This document shows, in pieces, positions 37,249 through 50,111 of a stretch of DNA of 64,000 bases (its first letter is position 1; each line of letters begins with the position of its first letter). The notes under the pieces were generated by a model, which was not told the origin of the DNA, searched no databases, and saw only the letters and a program-made list of their open reading frames with translations. The stretch is from contig NC_092349.1 in NCBI RefSeq assembly GCF_963676685.1, positions 82,522,001 to 82,586,000 of the forward strand, written 5' to 3'. The position numbers and the translations under genes were made by a program. Source of the stretch: Mytilus edulis (Eukaryota).

Positions 37249-40200
37249 TCATATGTCACCATCCTGTCGTTCTCTTACTGCATCCTAAAATACATAAAAA
37301 GATTAATTAGTTTGGATCATAGATGCTCATCATTTTAACAAAATTATGAAATCAATACCGCAGTATGAAACATTAAACTAGAGGCTCTCAAGAGCCTGTA
37401 TCGCTCACCTGATTCTACTTGGGTTTTTGAAATCATATGAAAAAATATAAAATTTGGCTAAAAGTGACAACACAACCTCATTGATAAGGAAAGGAACATG
37501 TTTAATTTCATTCAAAAGTCCCCCACTGGCGGCCATCTTGGATGGCGGATCGGCTACAAAGTAACAACACTTGGTCAGCACCTCATAAGGAACATTCATG
37601 CCATGTTTAGTTTTATTCCATTCAGTGGTTCTCTAAAAGAAGTCATTTGTATGCATTTCCCATAGGGTCCTATGTTAAACTAAGTCCCCTGCTGGCGGCC
37701 ATCTTGGATGATGGATCTGCTACAAAGTAACAACACTTGGTCAGCACCTCATAAGAAACATTCATGCAATGTTCAGTTTTATTCCATTCAGTGGTTCTCT
37801 AAAAGAAGTCATTTGTATGCATTTCCCATAGGGTCCTATGTTAAACTAAGTCCCTGCTGGCGGCCATCTTGGATAATGGATCGGCTACAAAGTAACAACA
37901 CTTGGTCAGCACCACATTAGGAACATTCATGCCATGTTTGATTTCATTCCATTCAGTGGTTCTCTAAAAGAAGTCATTTGTATGCATTTCCCATAGGGTC
38001 CTATGTTAAACTAAGTCCCATGCTGGCGGCCATCTTGGATGATGGATGGGCTACAAAGAAACAACACATGGTCAGCACGGCATAAGAAACATTCATGCAA
38101 TGTTTGGTTTCATTCCATTCAGTTGTTCTCTAAAAGAAGTCATTTGTATGCATTTCCCATAGGGTCCTATGTTAAACTAAGTCCCCCGCTGGCGTCCATC
38201 TTGGATAATGGATCGGCTACAAAGTAACAACACTTGGTCAGCACCACATTAGGAACATTCATGCCATGTTTGATTTCATTCCATTCAGTGGTTCTCTAAA
38301 AGAAGTCATTTGTATGCATTTCCCATAGGGTCCTATGTTAAACTAAGTCCCCCGCTGGCGGCCATCTTGGATGATGGATTGGCTACAAAGTAACAACACT
38401 TGGTCAGCACTCCATAAGGAACATTCATGCTATGTTTGGTTTCATTCCATTTAGTGGTTCTCTAGAAGAAGTCATTTGTATGCATTTCCCATAGGGTCCT
38501 ATGTTAAACTAAGTCCCCCGCTGGCGGCCATCTTGGATGATGGATCGGCTACAAAGTAACAACACTTGGTCAGCACTCCATAAGGAACATTCATGCTATG
38601 TTTGGTTTCATTCCATTTAGTGGTTCTCTAGAAGAAGTCATTTGTATGCATTTCCCATAGGGTCCTATGTTAAACTAAGTCCCCCGCTGGCGGCCATCTT
38701 GGATGATGGATCGGCTACAAAGTAAAAACACTTGGTCAGCACCCCATAAGGAACATTCATGCTATGTTTGGTTTTATTCCATTCAGTGGTTCTCTAAAAG
38801 AAGTCATTTGTATGCATTTCCCATAGGGTCCTATGTTAAACTAAGTTCCCGGCTGGCGGCCATCTTGGATAATGGATCGGCAACAAAGTAACAACACTTG
38901 GTCAGCACCTCATAAGGAACATTCATGCCATGTTTGGTTTCATTCCATTCAGTGGTTCTCTAGAGGAAGTCATTTGTATGCATTTCCCATAGGGTCCTAT
39001 GTTAAACTAAGTCCCCCGCTGGCGGCCATCTTGGATGATGGATCGGCAACAAAGTAACAACACTTGGTCAGCACCTCATAAGGAACATTCATGCCATGTT
39101 TGGTTTCATTCAATTCTGTGGTTCTCTAAAAGAAGTCATTTGTATGCATTTCCCAAAGGGTCCTATGTTAAACTACGTCCCCTGCTGGCGGCCATCTTGG
39201 ATGATGGATCGGCTACAAAGTAACAACACTTGGTCAGCACCCCATAAGGAACATTCATGCTATGTTTGGTTATATTCCATTCAGTGGTTCTCTAAAAGAA
39301 GTCATTTGTATGCATTTCCCATAGGGTCCTATGTTAAACTAAGTCCCCGGCTAGCAGCCATCTTGGATGATGGATCAGCAACAAAGTAACAACACTTGGT
39401 CAGTACCTCATAAGGAACATTCATGCCATGTTTGGTTTCATTCCATTCAGTGGTTCTCTAAAAGAAGTCATTTGTATGCATTTCCCATAGGGTCCTATGT
39501 TAAACTAAGTCCCCCGCTGGCGGCCATCTTGGATGATGGATCGGCTACAAAGTAACAACACTTGGTCAGCACCTCATAAGGAACATTCATGCCATGTTTG
39601 GTTCCATTCCATTCAGTGGTTCTCTAGAAGAAGTTCAAAATGTAAATTGTTAACGACGACGACGGCGGACGACGACGGACGCCAAGTGGTGAGAAAAGCT
39701 CACTTGGCCCTTCGGGCCAGGTGAGCTAAAAATTGACCACCTGATATATGTAAAGAAAAAAAAGACACTGTCAAAGATATCTACTAATATAATTTCATAC
39801 GGTTGAACGTAGTCAATTAGAGTGAAATTATTTTCTCTTGTCTTTTTATGATGTATAGGTGTCGTACCTATCGTGTGGTCAGTTTCCCGCCAAAACAGGG
39901 GTTTTGGTCATTCAGCCTGACAGCGCCAAAGCAAGAGGTTCTCATCTAAACACTTGGTAATTTTTAATTTATTCAATAAGTCCCCTTTTTAGTTATTTAT
40001 AAGATATATAGGATTGATAGGACTTGAGGGTTGTTTTTCTTTTTGGTATTATATTGAGTGAAGTATATAGTTTCGATATGTGTTTTTGAATGTTCAGGTG
40101 TAACATATTTAATAAACATAGAAGCAGCATTGTCGTGTAGCTTCCCACTTTAATTATGAGTTTTGCATTCTTTATACTTATACAGTAAATGGTTTTTCAA

Positions 40201-43200
40201 AGGCATACATTATCATGGGGTGACGTACATGAGACTAGTATTATGTAGTGAAGTTTTAATACAGAATGAAGGTTGTTACAAGAGAACATGTAGATTTTTT
40301 TTGGGTGTATACAGTGTTCTAGGATTCCCATTACCCGTTACCCGGGGTAAGTGGATTAGGACAACGGGTAAGTCATTTTTTAGCCTTTGTCACCCGGTGG
40401 TAAGTCAATTTTCAAGTTCGGGGAAGCCGAAAAACTCTTGAAATTTCCCGGTCCTCTTCAATTTTCCCATATCTGCTTTTTATTTTTATTAAATCACGAG
40501 AAAAAACTTTGATAAAAGATCGAAGATTTTGTCGATGTCTATCGGCGCTTTTATTCAAGCACTCGTTTACTAGGTGTAATCAAGCGCAAAAGAGACCACA
40601 TTCTTCTCCTATCATTCTAAAAGTCGGTCACGGTGTCTGTAAAATCGGAAAATCCGGATTGATAACTGGTGCTTAAATCGGGACATAAACGATTTTTTTT
40701 CTTGTCATCGGAGGAAAATAAACTTACAGTTGCATTTATTATAGCTCTTAATAAATGACATAGTAATAACTATAACATATTTGTCAAATTTAGTAAGAAA
40801 TCGTTTTTTTTGCACCGTCCGCATTGGTTGGTGGATTTAACTTTTAGATGTGGGTAAGTAATTTTTTTATTGATCTTACCCGTGGTAAGTCAAGGTGCCA
40901 AAAAAATCCTAGAACACTGTGTATATACTTATTAGAAAATTAACAATACTTCTTTTATACACTACATTCAAATACAAGTACATAATAGAAAATTGAAACA
41001 CGTAAGAGGCATATTGAAAAATAGAATATGTTGATAATAACATGTTGAAAATCTGTCAACATTGGTCAACAAAGTATATATATGGGATATGAGTCAAATA
41101 ATCTCTATGAGGTAAGATCTACTATTTTTGTATACAGTTATGCCATAATTGTTCTTGAATCAAGGTAATTCTCTCTTATGTGTTACTTCATTTTTATGCG
41201 TCAGTTAGTTTGTTTTCTAAAATTGTTGTGCAGTCCAACCATATTAATTGCCATATTATGCATTATATCCTTTCAAATAATTTATTCCTGCCACTTGCCA
41301 AAAATGTAAAGTATTCAAAAGTCAAACTGAACAGATCCTGCTTTTTCTTAGAATATGTATACCTGAAAATAGAATTGACTGAAAAGTTGATTTTACTTTG
41401 ATACGTGTAGCTAGGTTTACTCAATTTGTGACACAAAAATCTATGTAAATTTTAAAGACAAGCTTGAAATAAAATACAGTTATCGATTTAGTTAAGAATA
41501 AACTCTTAGCCTTTACCTTGAATCTTTCTTCTAGAAGTGAGAACTCACTAATGAGATCAGTGATGGCATTGGTCAATGCATCCTGAGGACTGTAGTCTGA
41601 GGTCGTCTGTACTCTTAACACAAATTTGTGCTCCAATGGATGCGGGTTTTTATATCCAGAAAACAAAACTTGTGGGTCTTTCCATAACTGTCTGTAATAA
41701 GTAAAAGAATATTCATTTTTTGTTTTTCAAAATGTGTTGTGCAATTATAACTTTATTTGGTTAAAGTGCTCATTTGTCCCTCTTTAAAATCATCCACAAC
41801 TGAAATTCCTTAATTTCAAGTCATGATCATGAGAAGATGTGTGCAGTTTTTTCATTGAAAGGCCAGTTTTCCTCAATTTTCAAAATATTGAAAATGTTTA
41901 TAAAAAATTCTAGAACACTATTTGTGTGTTCAAATAATCCAAAATCCCCACAAAAAAATAACCAACAGGAAATTTAAGCTTGTCAATAACTGGAAATAAA
42001 TTTGGTGAATGGGCAGAATCACTCAGGTATTTAATAGATATAACAAAGAAATATGACCTTTGAAAGTACAACTTATTCATCAAATCAGAACTAATAAATT
42101 ATAATGAAATATTTTTGTAGTTAATACATGTAATAAAAAATGTACATTAATACATTGTTACGTTTGAACTACACATGTAGTTGTATTTGATTTTTATATT
42201 GAAATCGCATATAAATATGCATTTGGTAAATGATTGAAAAATAATATTTCAACAAAAATTTGGTGTTACAAACAAAAAGTAAAATCACAAAAATACTGAA
42301 CTCAGAGGAAAATCAATTCGGGAAGTCCATAAACAACATTCTGAAAGTTTTTCACTTATTCATGAAGTACCCAAAATCCTCAGCTTGTCTGGCAATTTGA
42401 GTTTTGGAGTAAAATATCACAGATTATACATGATCCAATATGGTAAATGACTTCAGGAATGTTTGTGAATGGTATTTTAGTGAATGTTCAGATGAATTCA
42501 AGTTACTTTTTTAAAAAATAAATTATACTCCTATCTTTTCAGTCATGGAGATAATATTGTAGTGTATCTCGAAGGTTACAGATCTAATGTCATTATTCAT
42601 AAAATGTAAAAACAATATTTAAATAATGATAAATTTTTACAAGCGTATCAGTCTTTGACTCTTTTACCATGTTTACTGGTTACACCTGCCTAATATTATG
42701 GATGTTTTATTAAACTTACGAACAGATCATGTTTCCTAGTGTGTGATCTTCTTTATTCACTGTAAATATTGCAGCATTTGGTACTTTAGTGTCTTTTTCA
42801 ATAGTGATTCTGAAATATACATTAAATATAAGTACAAATGTATCTGAATCTATCTTCATTTGATCTTACACCATAAACACATCATGCACATGCCAAAATA
42901 AACTTTACATTAATACAAGTACATTGTACATGTATATGAATGTGTCTCTCTTTTTTTAGTCGCCAGCGTAAAATGCCTGCCAAAAACTAATTTCATCTAT
43001 CAACATGATCAATTTATAACGGAAAAATATATATGGTACATGTATAATATGGAAAAAAATGTTAAAAATATTTCTTTAAACAAATTGTCATAAAATTGCT
43101 TTAAACCTCACATTGGTCAAAGATTTTGAGATAAAATATATAGGCATATTCTGTTTTGCAGACTGATAAAAATTATAAAGATCTTTTAAATGAAAATTTT

Positions 43201-44596
43201 GATGGGCATTTTTTCGATCCAAACAGATGTAAGAATAAACTAAGTTACTGTTATCTTTTTGATGAATCTGAGTCTGTTCGCCCTAGTTCCTGTTCGCCCA
43301 GGGTCCATTCACCCAGATTTAATTTTTTTCCTAATTGTTGTCTAGTCACATAATTTTAAGTATTTGAAACAAAATATGTTATTAAAAGTTTGTTGAAAAA
43401 TTTACAGAATATTTATATTGTTGCAATCAATTTATCTTTTTCCCTACGATTTGCAGAGTAGAATACAATACAATCATGACAATGTATTTATCTTTATTGA
43501 TATTTGTTAACGAAATAATTGTATTCAGTCAATCTCGAAGGTATGCAGTATAACTGAGACTAGTCTCAGAGTATAATAATAAAATCCTTTATTCAACTTA
43601 AATGCCCTGAATATTTTTTATTTTTTTTAGTAGGGCCAACAGACTCTTATGCAGGTTTGGGACAACCCATCAAATGGGGAACTGTTCCCCAAATGAGTAA
43701 CAATCCCTCATTTGAGTAATCATTTCATAGTGCTAAAAAGCAAAATTTTCATAATTGAGTCTTTTTTTCTTAAAATGGCACATATTCATGAAAAATGCAG
43801 ACATTTTTCAAAAGATGATTATCCCTATCTAGATTTACTGAGAAGATACAAGCCTATGAAAAATTAGAAAATTTGACTATTTCCAAGGCTTCTAACTTTT
43901 TTAAAACCCATAATAACAATATAGTTCTTTGGAAGAAGTTGTTCAATTTTCTATCAATGTGTGCCATTTTATCTAAAAAAGACCCATTTTTAGAAAATTT
44001 GGTTTTTAGCACTATGAAATTATCACTGAAATGAGGGATTGTTACTCATTTGGGGAATAGTTCCCCATTTGACGGGTTATCCCCAACCTGTTATGGGCGA
44101 AAGGACTCTATGACTATGGGCGACCATGTTATTAGGGCGAACAGATCCGATACCCTTTAGACACCCCTATGAAGTTCAACTTATATTTGTTATCAGTGTT
44201 ATTAGACAGTTAATGTAGTCAACGACGTATAACTAACATCTAATATACGTCCTTGATGCAGTGTACTAATAGAAAAATTTATGGTGCAAACACAAGGGTT
44301 TGTTACAATTGATTCTTTAAATACAGAAAAATATCAACATCAAAATTCATTTTCGGGGTTCGTATGGACAGACACGTCAAATTGTTTCAAACCCCTGTGT
44401 CTGTGGTGCAAACGCAGGAAATTATTTGTCATTTTTGTCAAAGTGTTTTGCATTGAAAAAACTTAATTTAATGGTTTTGAAGGATTGTTTGTCCTTATCG
44501 ATAAACTTGTCTCATTATGACAACATTTTTCTCAAACAATTACTTCTTTTCGCCGTCAAACAGAAGGAAAGACTCAAAAGTCGGAGGCGCATTCAT
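37249..44596 (-). CDS. POLR2J: DNA-directed RNA polymerase II subunit RPB11; exons 44596-44544, 42809-42720, 41691-41517, 37284-37249
   Basis: Spliced 117 aa: [117 protein letters not shown]; GT-AG introns in phase. Confidence 0.97.
37376..39732. mobile_element. HINE/Helentron-like element carrying a satellite array, in the last POLR2J intron
   Basis: 5' hairpin aggctctcaagagcct + gctcacctg; (GAC)n microsatellite; 3' palindrome agctcacttggcccttcgggccaggtgagct; A-run borders. Confidence 0.8.
37515..39632. repeat. 166-bp tandem satellite, ~13 units
   Basis: Anchor motif ctggcggccatcttgg (with minor variants) recurs at 37526, 37692, 37857, 38023 ... 39517. Confidence 0.97.
40312..40919. mobile_element. 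MITE with CAGTG ends
   Basis: TIR CAGTGTTCTAGGATT / AATCCTAGAACACTG; TGTATA on both flanks; subterminal GGTAAGT repeats. Confidence 0.75.
43652..44090. mobile_element. MITE with ~95-bp TIRs nested in an older element (~43262-44155)
   Basis: CAGGTTTGGGACAACCCATCAAATGGGGAAC... inverted at the right end; TTATG on both flanks; host has tctgttcgcccta / tagggcgaacaga ends. Confidence 0.8.
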
Positions 44597-44744
44597 TTTT
44601 ACGTGCTGTTTTCCGACGAAACGGAAATGTAATGTTTGTACAATATACCGCACTTACTTATAATGTCATTTTGATTGGTCAAAAATAAGATAACGTCTGA
44701 TAACCAACGAGATGTAAGGGACACCTCTTTCTTTTACAGTCAAG
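44597..44744. promoter_or_regulatory. Probable bidirectional promoter plus non-coding first exon of the methyltransferase
   Basis: POLR2J ATG at 44596 (-); strong + donor AAG|GTAAGC at 44745; ATTGG (CCAAT box) at 44674-44678; ETS-like CGGAAAT at 44621. Confidence 0.55.
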
Positions 44745-45918
44745 GTAAGCTATCAATTAATTGATTTCTTCATGTTATTTCATACACAAAACTTCAGTCG
44801 ATTGTTTCATTACAGCTGCAATACAATTCATTAATTGATCTAAATATTTAGAGGAGGTTTAAATGCATTTTTGACTGAAGTGGAACTAACTAGGTCAGTT
44901 AACTTATGATGCCGAAAATAGTTTTAAAAGTGGGAAATATGAATATTTCAACCGCAATTCAAATTCAAATTATTTATCTGGGAAAGTTAGGACAGAGCAC
45001 TATTAAAGTAAAAAAAACCAAGTAAACTGGCAGTATATTATGTCGATGGACAGAGACACAAAATATTTGTTCCGCATAATGGTATATTTTTCAATATGAA
45101 AAACTCTGTCTTCTTTTCTCAGTTTCTCTGTGTAAACTTTGTAGTACGCTATGCTACGTTTTTGCAGGAGGATAAACATGTTTAGTAAGTTACAATTTAT
45201 ATCAACTTTGCATATCTTTTAAAAATGGTTATGTCATGAATGTTGTACTAAAATTTATAATAGAAAAGAGGTACTGTACATTTGAAAAATGTTATTTTTT
45301 TTGTTAAAACACAACTTCGAATTTCAGTTAAAACTGTTTAATTTTATTAAGTCCCTATTAAGAAAACAATTAATTTTCTTTTTATTTCTGACACTTACCG
45401 TTTATCGGCTTTCCTATCTTTTTCACTTTATGTTCACCCGGCATTTGAACTGCTACTCTTAGCTAGTTTTCTGGGATTATTTTCACTTTGTGATTTAAGT
45501 CTCTAATATCTTACCGAATTCTTTGTTTTGCGTGCTAAACATATGAATGTATTTCATCCCAATGTCTATACATTAAACATGTGAAGCTCCATTGCCACCG
45601 AGTAACGGGCGGGACTGAGTTGTGGCTGACATCGGACACAGGCATTTGTCTCAGAAAAAAACCCTATATGCATTGAGGTATGTAAGAAAAAAAATCTTAG
45701 ACAAGTGCCTGTGACACCGAACTACATTTTCGTACCTAAATGTCGACGTATCAGTGTTGTGCAAGTAATTTACGAAATTTCGATTGGATAAAATTAAATT
45801 AAAAATATTTTTTCCTAGATGCATATGAAATAAAAACAAAATGATTTGCCTACATCAACATGATTAAGCTATATGAGTTGATAGTTTTTTATTTCCAGAA
45901 ACAAACCATGCTACTGTA

Positions 45919-48900
45919 ATGCTCATTAAACTGTGTGGACAATTACTCAGTAGGACAAAACAATCCACAAATACAACTATAATCACAAGGAATATGAGTA
46001 CAAGACTTTTCGAAAGTTCTGACCATGCTAAGTACTATGCCCAGTTCAGACCAGACTATCCAGACACAGTGGTCAAGTCAATAGTTGATTATTGTAAATT
46101 ATCAAATAACGATATTGATACGGCGATCGACATCGGCTGTGGAACTGGACAAAGTACTTATTCATTGAAGACCTATTTCAAAAACGTGTTTGGTGTTGAT
46201 GTGAGTGAAAAACAAATAGAGCAGGCCAAACTCAAATACCATGACATAAAGTTTACAGTCGGACCGGCAGAAGACTTGTCATTTTTGGAGTCGGGAAGTG
46301 TAAACTTGATAACAACAGCACAAGCATTGCACTGGATGAATCATGAAGCATTTTACGAAGAAGTTGACCGAGTTTTACGACCTGGAGGAGTATTGGCGGT
46401 ATATGGTTATGGGATACCTGTAGAAAACAAAAAGGAGGCACACAACCTTGTCTCACATGTAAGATCAAGTATTATACTTATGTATAAACGTTTTTGGCAA
46501 TTGTTGAAACACTCTATCACGTTCGCACAGGATTACTTTATATTATAAATAACTTCTTTAAAGATCTACCTATAATTTTTAAACATATCTTTCACTTTAT
46601 GCATGGTTGCTACATTGGCCCATACATTACATTATCATTTACTATAGCTAAATAAATATTTGATTACCATAGATTTTTTAACTTGACATTGAACAAATAC
46701 CGTGTCCCTTCTGAACCCGATTTCTACTCCGCGTATTGCAACGCTTTGATTATAATACGTTTTATACAACAAAAAACATATCATCAGTGCAAGAAAATGA
46801 TCATAGCCTATAGCTATGACTATGTCCAGGCAGACAGCAGAGAAAAAAAAACCACGACATATGTACTTAAATCAAGTATTGATGTTTCTTTAAATGCGAT
46901 CTATAATTTATCATTTTAAGAATAAATGCATGCATTGCCAGCACTTGCATAGTCAAAGAAAGTATTTATACTTCGTGGAATAAATCATGCATCTCCCTTG
47001 CCCAAAGGGGATACGTAGTTAACTATTTCCAACATTTTATTTGTCAGGAGTTTTATTCTTACGCCAATTTTTAAATATTCATTTTTTCCAGTTGCAATGC
47101 CAAATAACTTATTTAAAAAAAAACCTCCTTCCAAAATGGTCGTCTATATACTATATTTGATATGACTTAATTTCATACCCGACTGCCATATAATGTGTCA
47201 AAGTTGCCTGGAAGGTACGGTTGGATAAATATCTGGTATAGGCTGTGTATACAATCCTTCGCTCAACCAAACATGTGAGGGTGGTTTAGGAAACGTTGCT
47301 GATGACAAATGTTTAATTTTAATAACTATTTCCTTTCACAGTTTTACTCTCAAACTCTGTCAGAATATTGGAGCAAAGAAAGGAAGTTTATAGAACAGCA
47401 CTATCAGTCGTTTCATCTTCCATACGATGGTTGGATTAGGTCTGTGGCAGTAATTGGTTGAATAAATCTATCTTACGCCCCCTTTAACTGTTGACACTTA
47501 ATAATAATTCATGCACATCACTATAAAAATAAGGAGATGTGGTATATATGATTGACAATGAAACAACTATCCGCCAAAGTTCAAATGAAGTGGATATAAA
47601 CAGCTATAGGCAACCGTACGACCTTCAACAATGAGATAAACCAATACCGTATGGTCACTGTTCATTAACCCAAGCCGAAACACAATGTACCTATAGATTC
47701 ACGGAACACCCAAAATTCACGACTGCATGAATGATGCATATACGTTTAACAGTTCCTCTCATTGCTTGTATTCGCATTTAGCATTCAAAAAGACTAATTC
47801 GAGTGAAATAAATGTATATATGAGAAAATAACCCTATATATACTTTTCGAAATTGACTCATCTGATTCATTAATTGATTGAACATCTACAGCATCGATCA
47901 GATAAGAAAACTTATAAGAATATCTGTAAATTCTATAGAATCACAGTCTCTGATGGAATTCAGATGCTCATTAGATTAAAATGTTATGTTATATTTTTTT
48001 ATATATTTTATAGGAATGATGAACTAGAAATAGTTAAGAACTGGTCAGTAGACCAGTATACCGGTTATATTACCTCCTGGTCAGCATGGCAGAAATACCT
48101 CAAATCTTATCCCGAATCAAAGGATTTACAGACATTACATGAGCAGTAAGTAATTCAAAGGACACATGATATATAAGTGAGAGACGATTTCAGATTTGAG
48201 AAATCTGTCTCATAAGCCTCGGTCACACCTTACCGGATAGCACGAACGGACGCCTAACGGATGAAAATAAAAGTTGTCCATTGACAAAATTGTTATCCGT
48301 TGGGAGTCCGTTGATGTACTGACCGAATAAAACGGACGCGTAACGAATGCATAACGGACACACACCGATCTATGCAACGTTCGGGAAACGTACCGGACAG
48401 AACGGTTGTCGAACGTAAGCCAACGGACGAGCAACGCATAAAACGGACACCTGTAACTGAAGCGTATCGGATAAAACGGACGAACAAGATATACGGAAAA
48501 ATTAAAGGCGACAATATTAATACATCATGTACATATAAATCGCATAAATATTCAAAATGATTCTGTGTAACTGGTTGTGTTTTTTTTCAAAATTCCGCCA
48601 AAGGGCAGTGTCTGGCCTGAATAACTTAAGAACTGCTTGATTGTGAAGACGTGCCCTTTTATGAATAATAAGAATTCATGAACCTTAAGAAATCTGACAT
48701 ACCAATAATTGGCATTTCTGACACGAAATTTCCAATTGGCATTTATCCGTTTCAGATTCGTTCAACATCCCTTTTAGGTAGAAGTCCGTTGATGAATTTA
48801 TCTGCCAGACCTCCAAAGGATGTATAATGGACATGTAACAGATACAAAACGGAAACGAAACGGACGAGTACCGTACAAAACGAACGGCTACCTAACGTTC

Positions 48901-50111
48901 AACGGATATTTCATCCGTTGGACGTCCGTTCATAGTTTAGAGTTTTTCAAGTTTTCCACCGGACAGAACGGACGTCGACGAATAAAACGTACGTTAAACG
49001 GACATGCAACGGATATGGACGGACGTCTAACGGATAAGAACGGACGTCTATAACAGACATGAACGGATTGAAAAAAAGTTATCCGTTAGGCGTCCGTTCG
49101 AGCTATCCGTTAAGGTGTGACCGAGGTTTTACCTTTTGGGTTATAAATATATTGTACTTTCTACAAATAACTGAAAAAGAAATGCTAATTGTCGAAAGCC
49201 GTATGGTGACCTATAGTTGTAAAATATACATGCCACTGATTTGGTTTCTTGAGAAGAGTGGTCTCATTGGCAAAAAACAACATCTTCTTTTTTATATGCA
49301 CTAAATAATGTTTACGTATACGTCCATGCAGGCCAATTTGTCAGCATTATTTCATTACGCATACAGTTATTTTTATTTATTCAAGTTTATTAAGATATCC
49401 AATTTCCTTCTGAAATGCTCTGGTCTACGACAGAAAGTCACTCTGAATTAAGATAAGTGTTTAATTTTTTTATAAATTTCCTGTTGACAAAACTTTTAAC
49501 TTTTCGAAAAAACATAGGATTTTCTTATCCCAGGAATAGATTACCTTACCGTTTTTGGCATAACTTTGGGGAATTTTGGGTCCTCAATGCTCTTCAACTT
49601 TGTACGTGTTTGGCTTTATAACTTTTTTGATCTGAGCGTCACTGGTGAGTCTTATTTAGACGATATGCGCGTCTTGCGTATTAAATTATAATCCTGGTAC
49701 ATGTACCTTTGATAACTATTTAACCGGGCAGGTACCACAATTCATTAAGTTTAACTCTAAATCGTATACGTTTAATCCAAGCACGTACCACAATGCATTT
49801 AGACTATACAAGTGCAGTCCATTATCTAGTTGAATATGAATATATTTATTTATGTATGACACCAATATAATTTTATTGCCTGTCCATTATGAAAATTGTA
49901 TTTTTTTGTTATTTATATCATCTTTTCTATGCGATTTCTATCTACAAAATCTCTACAACTACATAAAAAGCAAATTATAAAATTAGAATAACTCATTTTT
50001 TCTGACACCAACTTTTTTTCTTTCAGATTGTTATCGTTGTATCCGAATGAAGAAATAATGACAATAAGATGGCCTATTTTTATGCTACTTGGAACCAAGC
50101 CCACGGCGTAG
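45919..50111 (+). CDS. Class I SAM-dependent methyltransferase (Methyltransf_11; DDB_G0268948/Crg1-like); exons 45919-46458, 47342-47439, 48014-48145, 50027-50111
   Basis: YAQFRPDYP, DIGCGTGQ, GVDVSEKQI, AQALHW, RVLRPGG, YITSWSAWQ, IRWPIFMLLGTKP; GT-AG introns in phase. Confidence 0.9.
48215..49128. mobile_element. PIF/Harbinger-like MITE with ~48-bp TIRs and many AACGGA repeats
   Basis: cctcggtcacaccttaccggatagcacgaacggacgcctaacggat / atccgttaggcgtccgttcgagctatccgttaaggtgtgaccgagg; TA-rich flanks. Confidence 0.8.
49636..49679 (+). ncRNA. Degenerate hammerhead motif (family B) inside a dispersed repeat (~49470-49720)
   Basis: GCGUCA CUGGUGA GUCU-uauuu-AGAC GAUA UGCGCG UC UUGCGU; two core substitutions; flanks homologous to 33140-33420. 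Confidence 0.6.

Noticed and set aside
37515-39632. CRISPR-like array or repeated small-protein genes
   Set aside because: Units are similar along their whole length with no unique spacers; the ORFs are by-products of the satellite; eukaryotic intron context
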